Source: Raja brachyura | Taxonomy: Eukaryota | Assembly (NCBI GenBank): GCA_963514005.1 | Contig: OY740783.1 | Span: 99,324,001 to 99,388,000, forward strand | DNA length: 64,000 nt | Direction of reading: 5' to 3' | Shown here: piece after piece, positions 63,135 to 64,000 of the stretch | How the letters are laid out: every line of letters begins with the position of its first letter | Position numbering within the stretch: the first letter of the stretch is position 1 | Translations under genes and position numbers: made by a program | The notes under the pieces: model-generated | What the model was told of the DNA's origin: nothing | Database searches by the model: none | Seen by the model: the letters and a program-made list of their open reading frames with translations, nothing else

Positions 63135-63504
63135 ACCATTGCGAAATTTGAAAAGCCGAGCGAGAACCTTTAAGCTTTTAAAACATCCAAGCTCAAATGA
63201 CAACTAAATTTACAAACAATGCACTTTAGTGCACCAGTTAATAGAATCCTTGCTCATTTAAAATGTTGCCAGAATTGAGCAGTTGGGAGCTTGACTACAA
63301 TGAATTGCCTCCATTAATGGTGATTGCAATTCCCAGTGTAACAACTGGTAACAATAGATTATTTTTTTAAATGCAAAAATATAATGGCATGCATAACATG
63401 TGCCCAAAAGGTAACAAAACAAGTTTTCGTCAAAACCGATGAGCCCGGGGTCTGGCACCAGGTGATATGTGATATGAACAATTGTCATTTCAAAGCATTG
63501 CTGA

Positions 63505-64000
63505 AATTTAATGGCGGAGTAGCAAGATGGATTCAACAGTGGCTGAATGGGAGATGTCAGAGAGTAATGGAGGATGGCTGTTTGTCAGGTTGGAAGTCGG
63601 TGACCAGTGGGGTGCCGCAGGGATCTGTGTTGGGTCCACTGTTGTTTGTCATGTACATCAATGATCTAGATGACGGGGTGGAAAATTGGATAAGTAAGTA
63701 TGCAGATGATACTAAGATAGGGGGTGCTGTGGATAATGAAGTAGATTTTCAAAGCCTACAGTGAGATTTGGCCCATTTGGAAGAGTGGGCTGAAAGATGG
63801 CAGATGGAGTTTAATGCTGATAAGTGTGAAGTGCTACATCTTGGCAGGACAAATCAAAATAGGACGTACATGGTAAATGGTAGGGAATTGAGGAATGCTG
63901 TGGAACAGAGGGATCTAGGAATAACTGTGCATAGTTCCCTGAAGGTGGAATCGCATGTAGATAGGGTGAAAAGAAAACTTTTGTTGTGCTGGCCTTTATA
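63505..64000 (+). mobile_element. CR1 RT fragment continuing beyond the window
   Basis: WIQQWLNGR..GVPQGSVLGPLLF..KYADDTK; close to 52490-52980. Confidence 0.92.

Overview
Repeat-saturated vertebrate non-coding DNA, most likely from a cartilaginous fish (skate/ray-like, inferred from HE1-type V-SINEs and HER1/CR1 LINE 3' ends). No host protein-coding exon, rRNA, tRNA gene or CRISPR array was recognised; long ORFs are transposon-derived or artefacts. Main elements: (1) a structurally complete ~4.9 kb DIRS tyrosine-recombinase retrotransposon (4209-9133) with gag-RT, RNase H-methyltransferase and YR ORFs, inverted termini, an internal complementary region, a shared 7-bp junction core and a possible spliced YR mRNA; (2) many Penelope-derived mini-elements carrying a minimal hammerhead ribozyme motif, often as inverted pairs with 15-bp target duplications, including an 89-bp-arm palindrome at 34052-34230; (3) a canonical non-autonomous Helitron (31160-31659); (4) three Harbinger-like MITEs, one holding a solo LTR and a CR1; (5) fragments of CR1, Rex1, RTE, Tx1, L1, Vingi-like, Gypsy and hAT elements, a C-rich minisatellite and one assembly gap. 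Family names come from motif recognition, not database searches, and boundaries of old fragments are approximate.
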